DNA of 63,570 nucleotides, counting the filler, from a bacterium (GTDB lineage: Bacteria > JAJRZV01), in the NCBI GenBank assembly GCA_024275095.1. It is 8 parts of 8 records of this genome, joined end to end, with 100 filler letters (N's around TTAATTAATTAA, not from the genome) between each part and the next. Parts side by side here need not be neighbours in the genome. Positions count along the whole stretch, not along the records: positions 31,585 to 51,095 come from JAJRZV010000014.1; 7 more parts are not named here. The stretch is one strand, 5' to 3'. This document shows positions 31,485 through 42,794 of the stretch, piece by piece. The number at the start of each line of letters is the position of its first letter. The first letter of the stretch is position 1. The notes below the pieces were generated by a model that was given only the letters and a program-made list of their open reading frames with translations, did not search any database and was not told where the DNA came from. The translations under genes were made by a program, and so were the position numbers.

Positions 31485-31584
31485 NNNNNNNNNNNNNNNN
31501 NNNNNNNNNNNNNNNNNNNNNNNNNNNNTTAATTAATTAANNNNNNNNNNNNNNNNNNNNNNNNNNNNNNNNNNNNNNNNNNNN
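31485..31584. other. Artificial contig linker
   Basis: N-run/TTAATTAATTAA/N-run. Confidence 0.99.
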
Positions 31585-31664
31585 AAAGCTGATAACCCTT
31601 CCCTTTGAACCTTCGACGACTCTTTTGTTATATAAAGAACAAAACTTTCAGCGGGAGGCGTAAA

Positions 31665-32453
31665 ATGCCAGAATACAAATTCATCACCGTTGAGAAAAAG
31701 GGTGAAGGCGTAGCTCAGGTAACAATCAACAGACCGGACGTGCTTAATGCGTTGAACGTTGACGTTCTCAAAGAACTGGAGTGTGCTTTTTACGAACTCG
31801 AGCAGGGTGGGGATGTAAAGGTGGTCGTACTCACAGGGGCGGGCGAAAAAGCGTTTGTAGCGGGGGCAGACATTGCCTACATGAAAGACCTCGGTCCTAC
31901 CGGAGCAGAGAATTTTGCAGAACTGGGACAAAAACTCACGCGCTTCATGGAACGCTCGCCACTGATATTTATCGCGGCCGTAAACGGATACGCCCTGGGT
32001 GGTGGGATGGAGCTGGCCATGGCGTGTGACATCATCATCGCGGACGAAAAAGCACAGCTGGGACAGCCAGAAATTAATCTTGGAATCATCCCCGGTTTCG
32101 GTGGAACCCAACGGCTTGCCCGTCTTGCAGGAACCAAGGCGGCCCTGGAACTCGTGCTCTCAGGGCGACGAATAAAAGCAGAAGAAGCCCGTGAATTGGG
32201 CATAGTAAACCGGGTCACCGAAACAGGAAAATGTTTAGAAGAGGCCTTGAATCTTGCGCGCGAAATTGCGTCCAAACCAGCACCGGCACTCAAGCGGGCC
32301 AAAGCAAGTATTCTTGAAGGTACGGACAGCACGCTCGAAGCAGGTCTCGCCTCGGAACGACGCAACTTCGCACTCTTGTTCGATACTCACGACGCCAAAG
32401 AAGGACTCACTGCTTTTGTTGAAAAACGCAAGCCACAATTCAGGAACATGTAA
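31665..32453 (+). CDS. crt: Enoyl-CoA hydratase (crotonase)
   Basis: AFVAGADI, ALGGGMELA, GQPEINLGIIPGFGGTQRL; both catalytic Glu present. Confidence 0.92.
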   Translation: MPEYKFITVEKKGEGVAQVTINRPDVLNALNVDVLKELECAFYELEQGGDVKVVVLTGAGEKAFVAGADIAYMKDLGPTGAENFAELGQKLTRFMERSPLIFIAAVNGYALGGGMELAMACDIIIADEKAQLGQPEINLGIIPGFGGTQRLARLAGTKAALELVLSGRRIKAEEARELGIVNRVTETGKCLEEALNLAREIASKPAPALKRAKASILEGTDSTLEAGLASERRNFALLFDTHDAKEGLTAFVEKRKPQFRNM

Positions 32454-32463
32454 GGAGATAAAA

Positions 32464-32877
32464 ATGAAAGCCTGCACGGAATACCTTACATTCAATACAC
32501 GCAAAAGAGTCGAAATTGTCAACATTACCTCCCGGGTAGAAGAAATTGTGAAAAAAAGCGGTATTCAGGAAGGATTCGTACTGGTCTCTGCAATGCACAT
32601 TACAGCAAGCGTATTTATCAACGATGACGAAGAAGGTTTCAGAGAAGATCTACTGCGAATGCTTTCAAGTATTGCTCCTCAGGATGGTTCCTACAGGCAC
32701 AATCTTACGGGAGAGGATAACGGTTATGCCCACATGTGGAACATCCTTGTTCACCATGAGGTAATCGTACCTGTGACCGGGGGGCAACTGGACCTGGGCC
32801 CATGGCAGAGAATTTTTTACGGCGAATGGGATGGAAGACGGCCCAAACGCCTGGTTATAAAAGTTATGGGGGTGTAA
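32464..32877 (+). CDS. yjbQ: YjbQ/UPF0047 family protein
   Basis: HITASVFINDDE, YRHN.TGEDNG.AH, LGPWQRIFYGEWDG. Confidence 0.92.
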   Translation: MKACTEYLTFNTRKRVEIVNITSRVEEIVKKSGIQEGFVLVSAMHITASVFINDDEEGFREDLLRMLSSIAPQDGSYRHNLTGEDNGYAHMWNILVHHEVIVPVTGGQLDLGPWQRIFYGEWDGRRPKRLVIKVMGV

Positions 32878-32882
32878 CAGCC

Positions 32883-33344
32883 ATGAGTCAGGACATATTC
32901 AGAAAGTTATATTTCGAAGAAGTCAATGAAGGTGACTCCTGGGAAACCCCGGGACGCACCGTCACCGAAGCGATGATCGACCTGTTCGCCGGGCTCTCGG
33001 GAGATTTTAACCCCTTGCACACGGATGAAGCCTTTGCAAAACAGACACCTTTTGGTAAACGCATTGCCCACGGTATCCTCGGAATTGCCGTTGCAACAGG
33101 GCTTGTGCAAAATTATCCGCCCATGAGAACCCTTGCATTTTTAGGGATAAAAGAATGGAATTTCAGGGCCCCTATCTTCCCGGGTGATACAGTGCGCGTA
33201 AGAAGTACGGTATTGAACAAACGTCTTTCCTCCAAGAGTGACAAAGGCATCATTACCTGGAAAAGAGAACTCATTAACGAGAGAGGTGAAGTGGTCCAGG
33301 AGGGAATCACCGTTACAATGGTTGAAGTTAAGGAAAAAAAGTAA
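32883..33344 (+). CDS. MaoC-family (R)-specific dehydratase
   Basis: FAGLSGDFNPLH.D..FA..TPFGKRIAHG. Confidence 0.92.
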   Translation: MSQDIFRKLYFEEVNEGDSWETPGRTVTEAMIDLFAGLSGDFNPLHTDEAFAKQTPFGKRIAHGILGIAVATGLVQNYPPMRTLAFLGIKEWNFRAPIFPGDTVRVRSTVLNKRLSSKSDKGIITWKRELINERGEVVQEGITVTMVEVKEKK

Positions 33345-33345
33345 A

Positions 33346-33990
33346 TCACCGACTTAAAGCCAGTGAAACATTTTTCTCACCGGTAGGAGTTTCACCTCCC
33401 TCATGGGATCCAGTTTTGCCTAAGTGCGTTGCTTCACCACACGCCTGTGATGCTGTTGCAGGGCCAACGATAACGCTGCTTTTCCGGTACCTGACAATGA
33501 ACTGGAATTGTTCCCCTGCTATCGCGTAAAAACTGTAAAGCGGCGTTTCAAGCATATCTACAACTTCTTTCAGTTGACCCCGGGAATTAAGTACTACAAG
33601 CTCAATGTTCCCGCATGTGCTGGAAGGACTTACACTCCATAAAATTTCCATATTCCCCGACTTTTCCACATCCACATAAAACCGCCACGAAATTTCCTTC
33701 GAAGATGCCCGAATATCACGCCAGTAATAATCAGATGCTTTGTTCCAGGCCCGGTGAAAAAAATACGCTTTAAATGGCTCTCCCCCCCAGAAAAAAGCAA
33801 ATGTTTCATATCGCCTGTCAAACGCATCTGTTGCATCCGGCGCAACACCTAAAACCAAGCGCTGATATACCGGCCCCTGCTTTACACGAACCTCCACCTG
33901 CCAATTGTTGCCTGCTGCAAAGGACAAAACAGGAAGCAGGAGTGGCGCCAACACTCCTATGATCAGTTCACGTTTCTGTATTATCTTCAT
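33346..33990 (-). CDS. Secreted hypothetical protein
   Basis: Signal peptide ending SFA-A; LGVAPDATDAFD and ..DIR block; RBS GAGGAGG. Confidence 0.65.
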   Translation of the reverse strand: MKIIQKRELIIGVLAPLLLPVLSFAAGNNWQVEVRVKQGPVYQRLVLGVAPDATDAFDRRYETFAFFWGGEPFKAYFFHRAWNKASDYYWRDIRASSKEISWRFYVDVEKSGNMEILWSVSPSSTCGNIELVVLNSRGQLKEVVDMLETPLYSFYAIAGEQFQFIVRYRKSSVIVGPATASQACGEATHLGKTGSHEGGETPTGEKNVSLALSR

Positions 33991-34118
33991 TGTGCCCTCC
34001 TCAAGGTACTTTTTCTGGTACTCAAGACCCTTTCAAAAGGCATACCATGTGCGTCATGGCACAAACATCAGCTTTTTTAACGGGTTAAGGCAGTATTTTT
34101 ATGAAAGTATGTGGGTGG

Positions 34119-36968
34119 TCAATAACCCTGGTGTGGTAGCAATACCCCTCTTTCTGAAAAACGCGTCCATAAAGTGAGCGGGGATGAAAAACCAATGCTC
34201 AGGTAAAACTTCACACCTTCAACATCTTTGAGAGGCTTCGCCACATGAAAAGAGAAAGTGAAAGGGAAATGATACGCCAGATAAAGGTCTACATTTATAC
34301 CCCCACCCACCGAATGTATGAATTGAGGCTGAGGAAGAAAAGAAACGGCAGATTCGTAAAATGCGTCCAGGTAAAAAACACGGAAAAACAGAGGGAAGGT
34401 AGAAGCAATACCAGTGTCAGGAAAGTAAAAGGGATACAGTATAGAAAAAGCAGCAGAGGCCATGCGTGACCCGTTAATCCCTTCCGAATAGCTGTAGCCC
34501 CGCACAGTAAAGGTATCAGGGAAAAGCTCATCGGAACCTCCTGTATCAGACGTCTCAAAAGCCCTATCCCTATCCGGTCCCCACGCCGCCCCGGCAAGCA
34601 GACGACCCTGGAGAAAAACATTGATTCCAGGAAGCTTAATCGCAGGTGCAAGCTCCCATGCTGTTGCAGAATAGGAAACATCGCTTCCCGTGTACCTGCC
34701 GAGAGTTTTGAAAAACAGTGATACCTTCATTCCTGACTGGGGGGCAATGGAGGTACGGAAAAATTTTCGACTGTCAAAAGTAAAGTTCACTCCAACAGAA
34801 TTTCTCCATCCTCTTTGAATCATACCAGCGAGCTCCTCAGGAAAAGGAGAAAGGCTGCGGTGTTTCTTGAACAGATAGTAAAAACGCCCCCCGGCAAACC
34901 ACCTCTCGCGCAAATAGGGCACGCCGACAAGTACCCCTCCTTCCAGCCAGGACTGCCAGTATCTTCGAGCTTCACCATCAACTGTATAATCTACGCGCTC
35001 CGGTGGAACATGAGATAAAAACAACGCCACGGTCGGATAGAACCGATTGATACCAAAAAGCAACGAGAAAGGAAAAGTATTCCCATCACGAGAATGCTGG
35101 TAGCCCACACTTATGTAGTAGAAATACCTGAGAAGTACATCCCAGTTGAATGTGCGTGCAGACACATAAGTTCCTGTTTTGGAACTATACGCGTAGTATG
35201 GATACCAGAAAAGCGGACGCAGCGACTTGAAAGAACTGTATGCCTTGCCGGATATTCCGGGAGTAGAAAGGAAGGGGATAATCACCTCACCCTTGGGAAA
35301 TTCAATTTCCTTTTCTTCTTTCAGGTCCTGCCTGCAAATTTCGTAACCACGGGAGGTATAACAGGTATAAAAAACTTCGTTTTCAGCTGGGTCTATATCG
35401 AATTCATATATACCTGAATCGTCTCCACCCACAAGGTAATATTTTCCTTCTTCGGGTACGTACAGATAAAGGTAAAAACTTCCATTTCTTGAAGAAGTAA
35501 AGTAAATCCCTTTTTGCGTCCATACCGGAAAACGGTTCATCCATCTGTCTCTTGTTACAAAAGATACAAGTTGTGTTCTTACGTCCAGCACACATATATC
35601 CTGTGGTTCATTTGGGATTTTGCATGTATAAGCAACAAGCTGGCCGTCCGGGGCAACCGACGGGTCAGTGAGTTCAACTCCTTCCACAGTGAAACTTGAC
35701 TCCTTCTTTAACGAATCCCCATTTTTTGAAAAAAGGAAAATCTCCGTCCCGCGTGACGTTCTGCGAGTACCGACCATTATGTGGGAGGGGGGCAACCACA
35801 CTGCTGTCTCTACCCCACTGCCCTTGGTCAGTCGTGTAACCCTGCTGGAGTCAAGGTTTAACTCGTAGATGTCATATCTGGTATAAAACGTTTTCTTTCT
35901 CTCAATGGCAGTAAAAATAACAGAATTACTCCTATCACCAGCAGAAAGGCTCTGAACTTCGTAAGCATCCCACTTGGAGAGCAACTTTCCCGTGTTGGCA
36001 TCTATAAGATACAGCCCGGGATACTCCGAACCATTGTTGCCGTAAAAAAGAACCGCTCCATAAGATGCAAGTACTTTTACTTTCCCTTTGTAAAAGCCAC
36101 TGCGCGTAATAACCGTACGCCACAAATGCGTTTCCGGGGGAGCGTTTTCTAATTCGTGGAACTGAAAGTCACGCCAGAGGTCGTCCAGGGTGTATCCCCA
36201 GATGTTGTAACCGATTATGTTCGCAAAAAAAGGTACGGTTCTGCTGTAGCGTTCAAAAAATTCGGAGACGGTCTTTTCTCCGTATTTACTGCTCAAATAG
36301 TCAATAAACCGTGACCCGCTGAGATACTGGAAAAGACCGTCAGGCCATAAAGAAAGCTGGCCTGCACTTTTTGCGAGTGAAAATCTTTCGCGTGCAAGCG
36401 TTCTTGTAAAGATAAGACTGAAGGGATGTTTAACGCGGCCGAAGCCGGTAAACTCGCTTTCATAATAAGTGGCGATACCCTCTATAAGCAAATCCGGCAT
36501 AAGGAAATTTGGAAAGTACAAACGGCCCAGAATGTACCTGGGCACCAAGGAAATACCGCGTACCTGGTCAAGGGTGAGAATATGAACGAGCTCGTGCACA
36601 AATACAGTTTCAAGCCAGGTGGAATAATAACCGATTGAATCGGAAGGAAATGGTGGACGGGTGTCTATGTAGATCACAGGTCGCGGGAAGACCGTCGCAA
36701 TCCCGTTTGTGTCATCGTAATTTTCCAGGAGCACCACATGAATTTTCAGGGACGGTTCCCAGTTCAAACGCGACGATAACCTGGAAAGGATTTTCTCCGC
36801 ATTTCCAACAAGCCAGGTGGCATCAGATTGGGTCTTATCATAGTAATGAATGTAAAAATGTTGAGTTTCAACAGTACGCCATTTCAATCCAGGAGGCAAA
36901 AAAGTCGCACTTAAAGAAAACAAACACACCAGTGCCGCGACAGCGGCGGTGGAAAAACCGTTCCTCAA
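34119..36968 (-). CDS. Gluzincin (peptidase MA-like) + TolB-like beta-propeller + BamA/TamA-like C-terminal barrel protein
   Basis: W.TVETQHF.IHY; HELVH..EGIA; PSVAPDG; VRGYS; terminal FYLSIGF strand. Confidence 0.8.
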   Translation of the reverse strand: MRNGFSTAAVAALVCLFSLSATFLPPGLKWRTVETQHFYIHYYDKTQSDATWLVGNAEKILSRLSSRLNWEPSLKIHVVLLENYDDTNGIATVFPRPVIYIDTRPPFPSDSIGYYSTWLETVFVHELVHILTLDQVRGISLVPRYILGRLYFPNFLMPDLLIEGIATYYESEFTGFGRVKHPFSLIFTRTLARERFSLAKSAGQLSLWPDGLFQYLSGSRFIDYLSSKYGEKTVSEFFERYSRTVPFFANIIGYNIWGYTLDDLWRDFQFHELENAPPETHLWRTVITRSGFYKGKVKVLASYGAVLFYGNNGSEYPGLYLIDANTGKLLSKWDAYEVQSLSAGDRSNSVIFTAIERKKTFYTRYDIYELNLDSSRVTRLTKGSGVETAVWLPPSHIMVGTRRTSRGTEIFLFSKNGDSLKKESSFTVEGVELTDPSVAPDGQLVAYTCKIPNEPQDICVLDVRTQLVSFVTRDRWMNRFPVWTQKGIYFTSSRNGSFYLYLYVPEEGKYYLVGGDDSGIYEFDIDPAENEVFYTCYTSRGYEICRQDLKEEKEIEFPKGEVIIPFLSTPGISGKAYSSFKSLRPLFWYPYYAYSSKTGTYVSARTFNWDVLLRYFYYISVGYQHSRDGNTFPFSLLFGINRFYPTVALFLSHVPPERVDYTVDGEARRYWQSWLEGGVLVGVPYLRERWFAGGRFYYLFKKHRSLSPFPEELAGMIQRGWRNSVGVNFTFDSRKFFRTSIAPQSGMKVSLFFKTLGRYTGSDVSYSATAWELAPAIKLPGINVFLQGRLLAGAAWGPDRDRAFETSDTGGSDELFPDTFTVRGYSYSEGINGSRMASAAFSILYPFYFPDTGIASTFPLFFRVFYLDAFYESAVSFLPQPQFIHSVGGGINVDLYLAYHFPFTFSFHVAKPLKDVEGVKFYLSIGFSSPLTLWTRFSERGVLLPHQGY

Positions 36969-36984
36969 GCTCTTCTCAAAATTC

Positions 36985-37731
36985 CTACGGGCGTTTTTCA
37001 GTGAATGCTTTGAGCAATTCCAGGGGCACAGGAAGGATGGTCACAGAATTTTTCTCAGAAGCGATTTCAGCAACGGTTTGAAGGAACCTGAGCTGGATTG
37101 CAATAGGATTGCGTGAGATGATTTCCGATGCCTGTGCCAGTTTTTCCGATGCCTGGAATTCACCTTCGGCAGCAATAATTTTTGCCCTTCTCTCACGTTC
37201 TGCTTCTGCCTGCTTGGCCATTGCACGCTGCATTTCCTGTGGAAGGTCTATGTGCTTGACCTCCACGGCCGAGACCTTAATTCCCCAGGGGTCGGTGTGC
37301 TTATCCAGGATTGTCTGTATTGTGGCGTTAATTTTCTCCCGATGGGCAAGGAGCTCATCAAGCTCTGCTTCACCGCACACACTGCGCAGGGTTGTTTGTG
37401 CAAGTTGGGAAGTTGCAAACATAAAGTTTTCTACCTCAATAACACTTTTTACGGGGTCAACCACGCGAAAATACACAACAGCGTTGACCTTGATGGATAC
37501 ATTATCCTTTGTAATTACATCCTGCGGGGGCACATCCATTACGATCGTTCGCAGGGAAATTTTAACCATCTTATCAATGACAGGGATTACGTAAATAATT
37601 CCCGGTCCTTTCGCATCGATGACCCGTCCCAGCCGAAATATTACACCTCTTTCATATTCGTTAAGCACCCTGATACCTGAAAGAAGAAAAATCATAAAAA
37701 GAACAATAAAGCCAAGGGCGAATGTAGACAT
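36985..37731 (-). CDS. Slipin/stomatin (SPFH) family protein
   Basis: [42 protein letters not shown]. Confidence 0.95.
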   Translation of the reverse strand: MSTFALGFIVLFMIFLLSGIRVLNEYERGVIFRLGRVIDAKGPGIIYVIPVIDKMVKISLRTIVMDVPPQDVITKDNVSIKVNAVVYFRVVDPVKSVIEVENFMFATSQLAQTTLRSVCGEAELDELLAHREKINATIQTILDKHTDPWGIKVSAVEVKHIDLPQEMQRAMAKQAEAERERRAKIIAAEGEFQASEKLAQASEIISRNPIAIQLRFLQTVAEIASEKNSVTILPVPLELLKAFTEKRP

Positions 37732-37732
37732 T

Positions 37733-39028
37733 TCACACCTCCCTTACTTTTTTTATCAGGAGTTTCATTCCTTTCCTTCCTGTAACCACAATTCTATCAC
37801 CTTTCGTGAGAGGTTCATCGGAAATTGCATCCCAGTACTCCCCGTGTACAAAAATTTTCACGTTCCTGTGATTGTGAACCAGAACGACCTCGCCTTCTTC
37901 ACCTTCGATGCCCTCAAATCCCAGAGCCGGTTTCTTCAGCTGTGCCTTTACTGCCAGTGCCACCGCCAACACAATAAATCCCAAAGTCACAAAAAACGTG
38001 GGCAGAAGCACCCGATAAGATATGCGATAATACGGGGCCCCTCCCTCAAACAACATTATACTTCCAATAAACATGCTGATAGCACCGGCGATGCCCAAGA
38101 GACCGTACGATGTGATTTTGATTTCCGCGATAAAGAATATAATTCCAAGAATAATAAGAAATATGCCGGCATAGTTAACAGGGAGAGTTTGAAAGGCGAC
38201 AAAAGCCAGAATCAGTGAAATAGCACCGATAACACCAGGAAATATGGCTCCTGGGTTGGATAGTTCGAAAAATATTCCCCAGAAACCAATCATCATAAGA
38301 ACGTAAGCAAGATTGGGGTTGCTCAGAGCTTTAAGAAAACGGAGACGAAATGACATTTCATATCTATCCAGCGTTACTCTTGAAGGGTCCACAACCAGTT
38401 TCTTTTCCACACCCTGAATGCTCACAATTCGACCGTTGAGTTCCTTGAGAAGGTCGTTAATGTCTGAAGCCACAATTTCCACAACGCCTATCTCTCGAGC
38501 CTTTTCCGCATCCGTGGAAATGCTCTTTCTGACAGCTTTCTCGGCCCATTCAACATTTCGTTTGTGCTTTTTGGCAAGTGATATGGCATAAGCGGCGGCA
38601 TCATTTTCTACCTTTTTCAGCATTTCTTCGCTGATCTTCTCTCCGCCCATGTTCACAGGGTGCGCCGCACCTATGTTTGTACCTGGTGCCATGGCAGCAA
38701 TGTGAGAAGCAAGCGTAATAAATGCTCCTGCTGACGCGGCTCTCGCCCCAGGAGGAGCAACATATACCACTACAGGCACCGGGCTGTTCTCGATGTATTT
38801 GATGGTCTCCCGCATGGCTGTATCCAGTCCACCCGGGGTGTCCAGCTGAAGAATGACCATCTGAGCCCCGCCCTCCACTGCATAATTAATGGCCTTGCCC
38901 ACATACTCAGCAGTCACCGGACCTACAGGCCCCTGAAACGTGGCCAGAACGACCTTTTCCACGTTGAGCGTAACAGGAGAGGGTGAAGTGATACCAATAC
39001 ACATTGCGAGAAGAAGCCATACACTCAT
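37733..39028 (-). CDS. nfeD: NfeD family membrane-bound serine protease (long form)
   Basis: [27 protein letters not shown]-terminal OB fold GEYWDA; adjacent to slipin. Confidence 0.93.
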   Translation of the reverse strand: MSVWLLLAMCIGITSPSPVTLNVEKVVLATFQGPVGPVTAEYVGKAINYAVEGGAQMVILQLDTPGGLDTAMRETIKYIENSPVPVVVYVAPPGARAASAGAFITLASHIAAMAPGTNIGAAHPVNMGGEKISEEMLKKVENDAAAYAISLAKKHKRNVEWAEKAVRKSISTDAEKAREIGVVEIVASDINDLLKELNGRIVSIQGVEKKLVVDPSRVTLDRYEMSFRLRFLKALSNPNLAYVLMMIGFWGIFFELSNPGAIFPGVIGAISLILAFVAFQTLPVNYAGIFLIILGIIFFIAEIKITSYGLLGIAGAISMFIGSIMLFEGGAPYYRISYRVLLPTFFVTLGFIVLAVALAVKAQLKKPALGFEGIEGEEGEVVLVHNHRNVKIFVHGEYWDAISDEPLTKGDRIVVTGRKGMKLLIKKVREV

Positions 39029-40164
39029 GACTCTATTCCTGCGAGTAAGCCTTTCAAATAATGGGTAGCAGGTACTGATGCAACATAAGGATGGTCTTCG
39101 GGTTGAGTAAAAGAGCGATACACTATCCACCGTTTTGAAGAAGGAGGCAAGCTCTTCACCAGATCTTCCAGTGTCACATGATACGAGCACGAAAAAGAAA
39201 AGAGAAGGCCACCATCATTAAGAAGCTGTAATGCAAGATGATGAAGGCGCCTGTATGCCTGAACAGCCGGAATTTTCGAACTTCTATCGGGTGCAAATGC
39301 AGGTGGATCCATGATCACAATATCGAACTTCGCCTTTTCATTGTTCAAGTGGTTAAGTACATCAAATACATTTCCATGAATTACCCGGATGTGTGAAAAA
39401 CCGTTCAATCCAGCATTTTTTCTAATCATGTTACACAGTTCAGCTGAAGACTCCACACAAACGGCCGAACATGCCCCACCTGCAACGGCGTGAAGTGCAA
39501 AGGCTCCATTGTACGAAAAGCAATCGAGAACGCTTTTCCCTTCGGCGATGCTGGTAAGGTAACGCCGTGCATGCCTCTGGTCAAGATAAAATCCTGTTTT
39601 ATGACCTTCAGCAAAATCCACGGTGTACTGAATTCCATCAACTGCAAGGGTAATCGGCGAGTGAAAACCGGGTGACCTTTTCACAACCCGGGAACCCTTT
39701 CGAAAGACAAAGTGTCTCAAATGCAAGAGAGAAGAAAGAGTGTCCTGAATAATATCAGCAAATGTGGCGGCTGCTTCAGAGTGAAACAAACACACAAAAA
39801 AATCTTCGTACACATCCACAACCACACCCGGAAACATATCACCTTCTGCATTAATAAGTCTAAATGACCCCCATTCTGTAACGCCCAGCCGGCGACGTCT
39901 GGTGAGTGCATTCATAATTTTTTTGCGAACCACACCTTCCAAATCCCCGTCTACATTAACATCAAATACTCTGAGCGGTACCGTGCCCTCCTTTTCCCAT
40001 AATCCGAGCACCCCATCGGGCAGATTTTTACCGGACACCCGGACAAGAGCTACATCCTGTGTCACATTCACACGTTTAATATCCTTCTGTGTAAACCACA
40101 TCCCTCCAGCGAGCAAGCGCCTCTCTGCCCTTGGGTGAAGAGTTACGGATCCTGCAATTCTCAT
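39025..40164 (-). CDS. RlmI-like class I SAM-dependent rRNA methyltransferase
   Basis: RLINAEGD.FPG, GHKTGFYLDQR, DPPAFA, FSCS, YLKG. Confidence 0.9.
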   Translation of the reverse strand: MRIAGSVTLHPRAERRLLAGGMWFTQKDIKRVNVTQDVALVRVSGKNLPDGVLGLWEKEGTVPLRVFDVNVDGDLEGVVRKKIMNALTRRRRLGVTEWGSFRLINAEGDMFPGVVVDVYEDFFVCLFHSEAAATFADIIQDTLSSLLHLRHFVFRKGSRVVKRSPGFHSPITLAVDGIQYTVDFAEGHKTGFYLDQRHARRYLTSIAEGKSVLDCFSYNGAFALHAVAGGACSAVCVESSAELCNMIRKNAGLNGFSHIRVIHGNVFDVLNHLNNEKAKFDIVIMDPPAFAPDRSSKIPAVQAYRRLHHLALQLLNDGGLLFSFSCSYHVTLEDLVKSLPPSSKRWIVYRSFTQPEDHPYVASVPATHYLKGLLAGIES

Positions 40165-40850
40165 TTCAACCCCAATTCCTTCATTACTTTCTTTAAATCA
40201 TCCCATGCAGCGCGTTTCATGGAAGGATATCTCAGCAAAAAAGCCGGGTGAAATGTTGGAAGAATACGCATCCCCATATTATTGTACCATCGCCCGTGGA
40301 CTGTTGTGACCCCTGCACGTTCACCTGTAAGCACTTTGAGGGCATGCTTGCCCAGCGTTACCACAACCCGGGGCCTGATAATTTCCAGTTGTCGTTTGAG
40401 AAAAGGAAAGCACGTGGAAACTTCATCTGGTAGTGGATCACGGTTATCAGGCGGGCGGCATTTCAAAACATTGCATATGTAGACCTTATCGCGCTTCAGC
40501 GTCATGGCTTCAATCATGCGCGTAAGCAACTGTCCGGCACGTCCTACAAAAGGCCTTCCCGTTCGATCTTCTTCTTCTCCAGGGGCTTCTCCTACAAACA
40601 CAACTGCAGCATCTGGATTTCCTTCCCCAAATACAACATTCGTTCTGGTTTCGTGAAGCCTGCAACGACGGCATTCACCAAGCTCGCGTCTCAAATCCTC
40701 AAGCTGACCTTTTTTAAGGTCTTCCGTACCAGTTTCTACTGATCTCATGAACTTTCTCTGATTCTTTACCGATGGTAACGGAATGAAATCTACTCCCTGA
40801 GACCGCAGATATTCTACGTAGGAAAGAATGTCGAAACCTTTATCCTTCAT
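40161..40850 (-). CDS. Uracil-DNA glycosylase family 4
   Basis: C..C.L, GEAPG..ED..G.PFVG.AG, KCRPP.NR.P, FHPA. Confidence 0.95.
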   Translation of the reverse strand: MKDKGFDILSYVEYLRSQGVDFIPLPSVKNQRKFMRSVETGTEDLKKGQLEDLRRELGECRRCRLHETRTNVVFGEGNPDAAVVFVGEAPGEEEDRTGRPFVGRAGQLLTRMIEAMTLKRDKVYICNVLKCRPPDNRDPLPDEVSTCFPFLKRQLEIIRPRVVVTLGKHALKVLTGERAGVTTVHGRWYNNMGMRILPTFHPAFLLRYPSMKRAAWDDLKKVMKELGLK

Positions 40851-42031
40851 TAATCCGTACGTTCCCAGAGCGTCGCGATGGCTTCACCTCCGCCAATACA
40901 TATAGCTGCACAAGCGACTTTCCCGTTAACCACCTCAAGCGCACTTAACATGGTTACCACAATACGTGTGCCACTGGCTCCTATGGGATGTCCAAGGGAC
41001 ACGGCTCCACCCAGAATGTTCACTTTTTCGTGGGGCAGTTGCAACTCTTTTATTGCGACCATAGGCACCACGGAAAAGGCTTCGTTGATTTCAAACACGT
41101 CGACCTTCTCCAGAGATATTCCGGTACGCTCAGACAACTTTTTCATGGCCTCAACAGGCGCAGTCGTAAACCACTTTGGTTCCTGGGCGTGAAATGTGTA
41201 ACCCAGAAGTTTTGCCAGAGGTTTGAGGTTATATTTCTTTACAGCGCCTTCTGAGGCAAGGACAACTGCCGCAGCTCCATCATTGATGGATGAGGCATTT
41301 GCGGCAGTGATGGTTCCATCCTTTTTAAATGCAGGACGAAGTGAAGGAATTTTTTCGAATTTAACCCTGAAAGGTTCCTCATCCCTGTCCACCTTAACCT
41401 CTCCCTTTTTCCTGTCCTGGTAGGTAACAGGTACAATTTCCTGCGAAAATATTCCATCCTCGGTGGCCTTAATGGCGCGTTTGTATGACTCTATCGCGTA
41501 TTCATCCTGAGCTTCTCGCGTGAGGTTATACTCTTCGGCACATAGTTCACCACATTGACCCATATGCACATTGTCGTAAGGATCCCAGAGTCCATCGTGT
41601 ATCATTAAATCTATAACGTCGGCGTCTCCCATTCTGGCTCCTTCACGCGCCCATTTGAGTGCATACGGGGCCTGAGACATGTTTTCCATGCCTCCTGCAA
41701 CAACAATATCCGCATCTCCTGCTCGAATAGCCCATGTCCCCATGATCACTGTCATAAGCCCCGAACCACACACCTTATTCACCGTCACAGCCGGGGTGGA
41801 ATCGGGAATTCCAGCATATCGCATGGCCTGGCGTGCTGGTGCCTGACCTGCCCCCCCCTGGAGCACGTGACCCATAAACACCTGGTCCACGGCGTCTGCG
41901 GAAATACCTGCATGTTCAAGAGCCGCTGTAATGGCGCTGGCTCCCAAACGTGCCACATGTACATCCTTCAAAACTCCCTGAAATGAGCCGATAGGGGTGC
42001 GCTTGGCACCTACAATATACACACCACTCAT
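40850..42031 (-). CDS. Acetyl-CoA C-acetyltransferase (thiolase)
   Basis: NKVCGSG, EINEAF, GHPIGASG, CIGGG. Confidence 0.96.
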   Translation of the reverse strand: MSGVYIVGAKRTPIGSFQGVLKDVHVARLGASAITAALEHAGISADAVDQVFMGHVLQGGAGQAPARQAMRYAGIPDSTPAVTVNKVCGSGLMTVIMGTWAIRAGDADIVVAGGMENMSQAPYALKWAREGARMGDADVIDLMIHDGLWDPYDNVHMGQCGELCAEEYNLTREAQDEYAIESYKRAIKATEDGIFSQEIVPVTYQDRKKGEVKVDRDEEPFRVKFEKIPSLRPAFKKDGTITAANASSINDGAAAVVLASEGAVKKYNLKPLAKLLGYTFHAQEPKWFTTAPVEAMKKLSERTGISLEKVDVFEINEAFSVVPMVAIKELQLPHEKVNILGGAVSLGHPIGASGTRIVVTMLSALEVVNGKVACAAICIGGGEAIATLWERTD

Positions 42032-42543
42032 TTTCCGCCCTCCTCCATAACGCGTTTTTCATTAAATGCTATACATGTGTTTTTGAGCACGTCAAAACTT
42101 TTAGCTATGCGTTCTTCGTCCGTAAGTTTTTTAATCATTTCCTCGTCCATTTTTAAACGCAAGCCAATAAGATTCGCTGACGTAAACCTCAGTGCAGACT
42201 GCAAAATCTCCACAAAATGAGTGCATCCTTCGGGGCCTCCCACACGAGCTGCAATTTCCCTGTTCACACCCTTCTGAATTCTGAGACCCTCAATTGAACG
42301 AATTTTTCCCTCTGAAAGCCGACACGCGCGGAAAGGTACCCGCATCATGCGTCCATGCGCTTCAATTATAGAAGCGGTTGAAGAGTTCACTTTGAGGAAA
42401 ACGTGTAATGAGTGTTCCAGATCCAGCAGCGAAGCGTGTACATGGATGACATCCCTGTGTTCAGGGTCAAGTGAAAACTTGATGTTAATACTTCTCTCAA
42501 ACACCAGCTCTCTTGATGAACTGCACGTGGAAACTTTGTCCAT
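42028..42543 (-). CDS. DUF2889-like protein
   Basis: D..H; M.RVPF..C; GG.EGCTH; NTCIAF pattern. Confidence 0.75.
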   Translation of the reverse strand: MDKVSTCSSSRELVFERSINIKFSLDPEHRDVIHVHASLLDLEHSLHVFLKVNSSTASIIEAHGRMMRVPFRACRLSEGKIRSIEGLRIQKGVNREIAARVGGPEGCTHFVEILQSALRFTSANLIGLRLKMDEEMIKKLTDEERIAKSFDVLKNTCIAFNEKRVMEEGGK

Positions 42544-42794
42544 GAAAAAAACCTCCTTATCTTTAAGTAAGATAAAAATAAAAAAAACAAGAAATCTGTA
42601 AACCTGAAAATTCTATCTATCAATTGTGAGTCTGGACGATTATAATATCAGTGCAAGCACGGGCAGACAACTTTATTCGGGTTCATTCAGGCCAGGAGAA
42701 TCACAGGATCTAAATCTGTACACCAATCATTGTCACAATGCACACATTTCGTTTAACCTTCTAAACCACAACAGACCCGTCGCGGAGGTGTGCT